Shown in pieces: positions 63,952 to 64,000 of a DNA stretch of 64,000 nucleotides. The stretch lies in NCBI GenBank assembly GCA_964234715.1, contig OZ174277.1; one strand, written 5' to 3'. Below the pieces are notes generated by a model. It was not told where the DNA came from and made no database searches. It was given only the letters and a program-made list of their open reading frames with translations. Position numbers and translations under genes: made by a program. Source of the DNA: Podarcis melisellensis. Taxonomy: Eukaryota. Every line of letters starts with the position of its first letter. The stretch's first letter is position 1.

Positions 63952-64000
63952 CAGTTATACCTCGGGATAAATACGCTTCACAGGATAAGTATTTTTTGGT
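63952..64000. mobile_element. Start of another TA-flanked MITE, cut by the window edge
   Basis: ta|cagttatacctcggg resembles the shared TIR. Confidence 0.55.

Overview
Vertebrate nuclear DNA, most likely from a lacertid-type lizard (inferred from Sauria SINEs, squamate CR1/L2/L1 LINEs and abundant TA-flanked MITEs). The window covers the convergent 3' ends of ZBTB2 and AKAP12/gravin. ZBTB2 is on the + strand (last coding exon 209-1574, 3'UTR to about 3230). AKAP12 is on the - strand: beta-isoform first coding exon 28164-28140 (MLGTITLT), a 7-kb coding exon 18929-11891, and a non-coding last exon from 9734 to about 7830. The rest (19-64 kb) is AKAP12 intron filled with nested transposable elements; the alpha-isoform exons were not found and presumably lie beyond the right edge. 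Most interesting: (1) a chain of phase-compatible, decayed exons on the - strand between the AKAP12 and ZBTB2 3' ends (about 7700-3294). It reads as an unannotated unitary pseudogene for a type II membrane protein with a Cys-rich ectodomain and possibly a death-fold-like cytoplasmic part. (2) An AKAP12 of about 2350 aa expanded by a degenerate 9-aa repeat. (3) A solo LTR carrying a reading frame open from its first bases. (4) GC-rich palindromic MITEs and multiply nested insertions. No prokaryotic-type systems, rRNA, tRNA or CRISPR arrays are evident. All calls were made by eye, without database searches.
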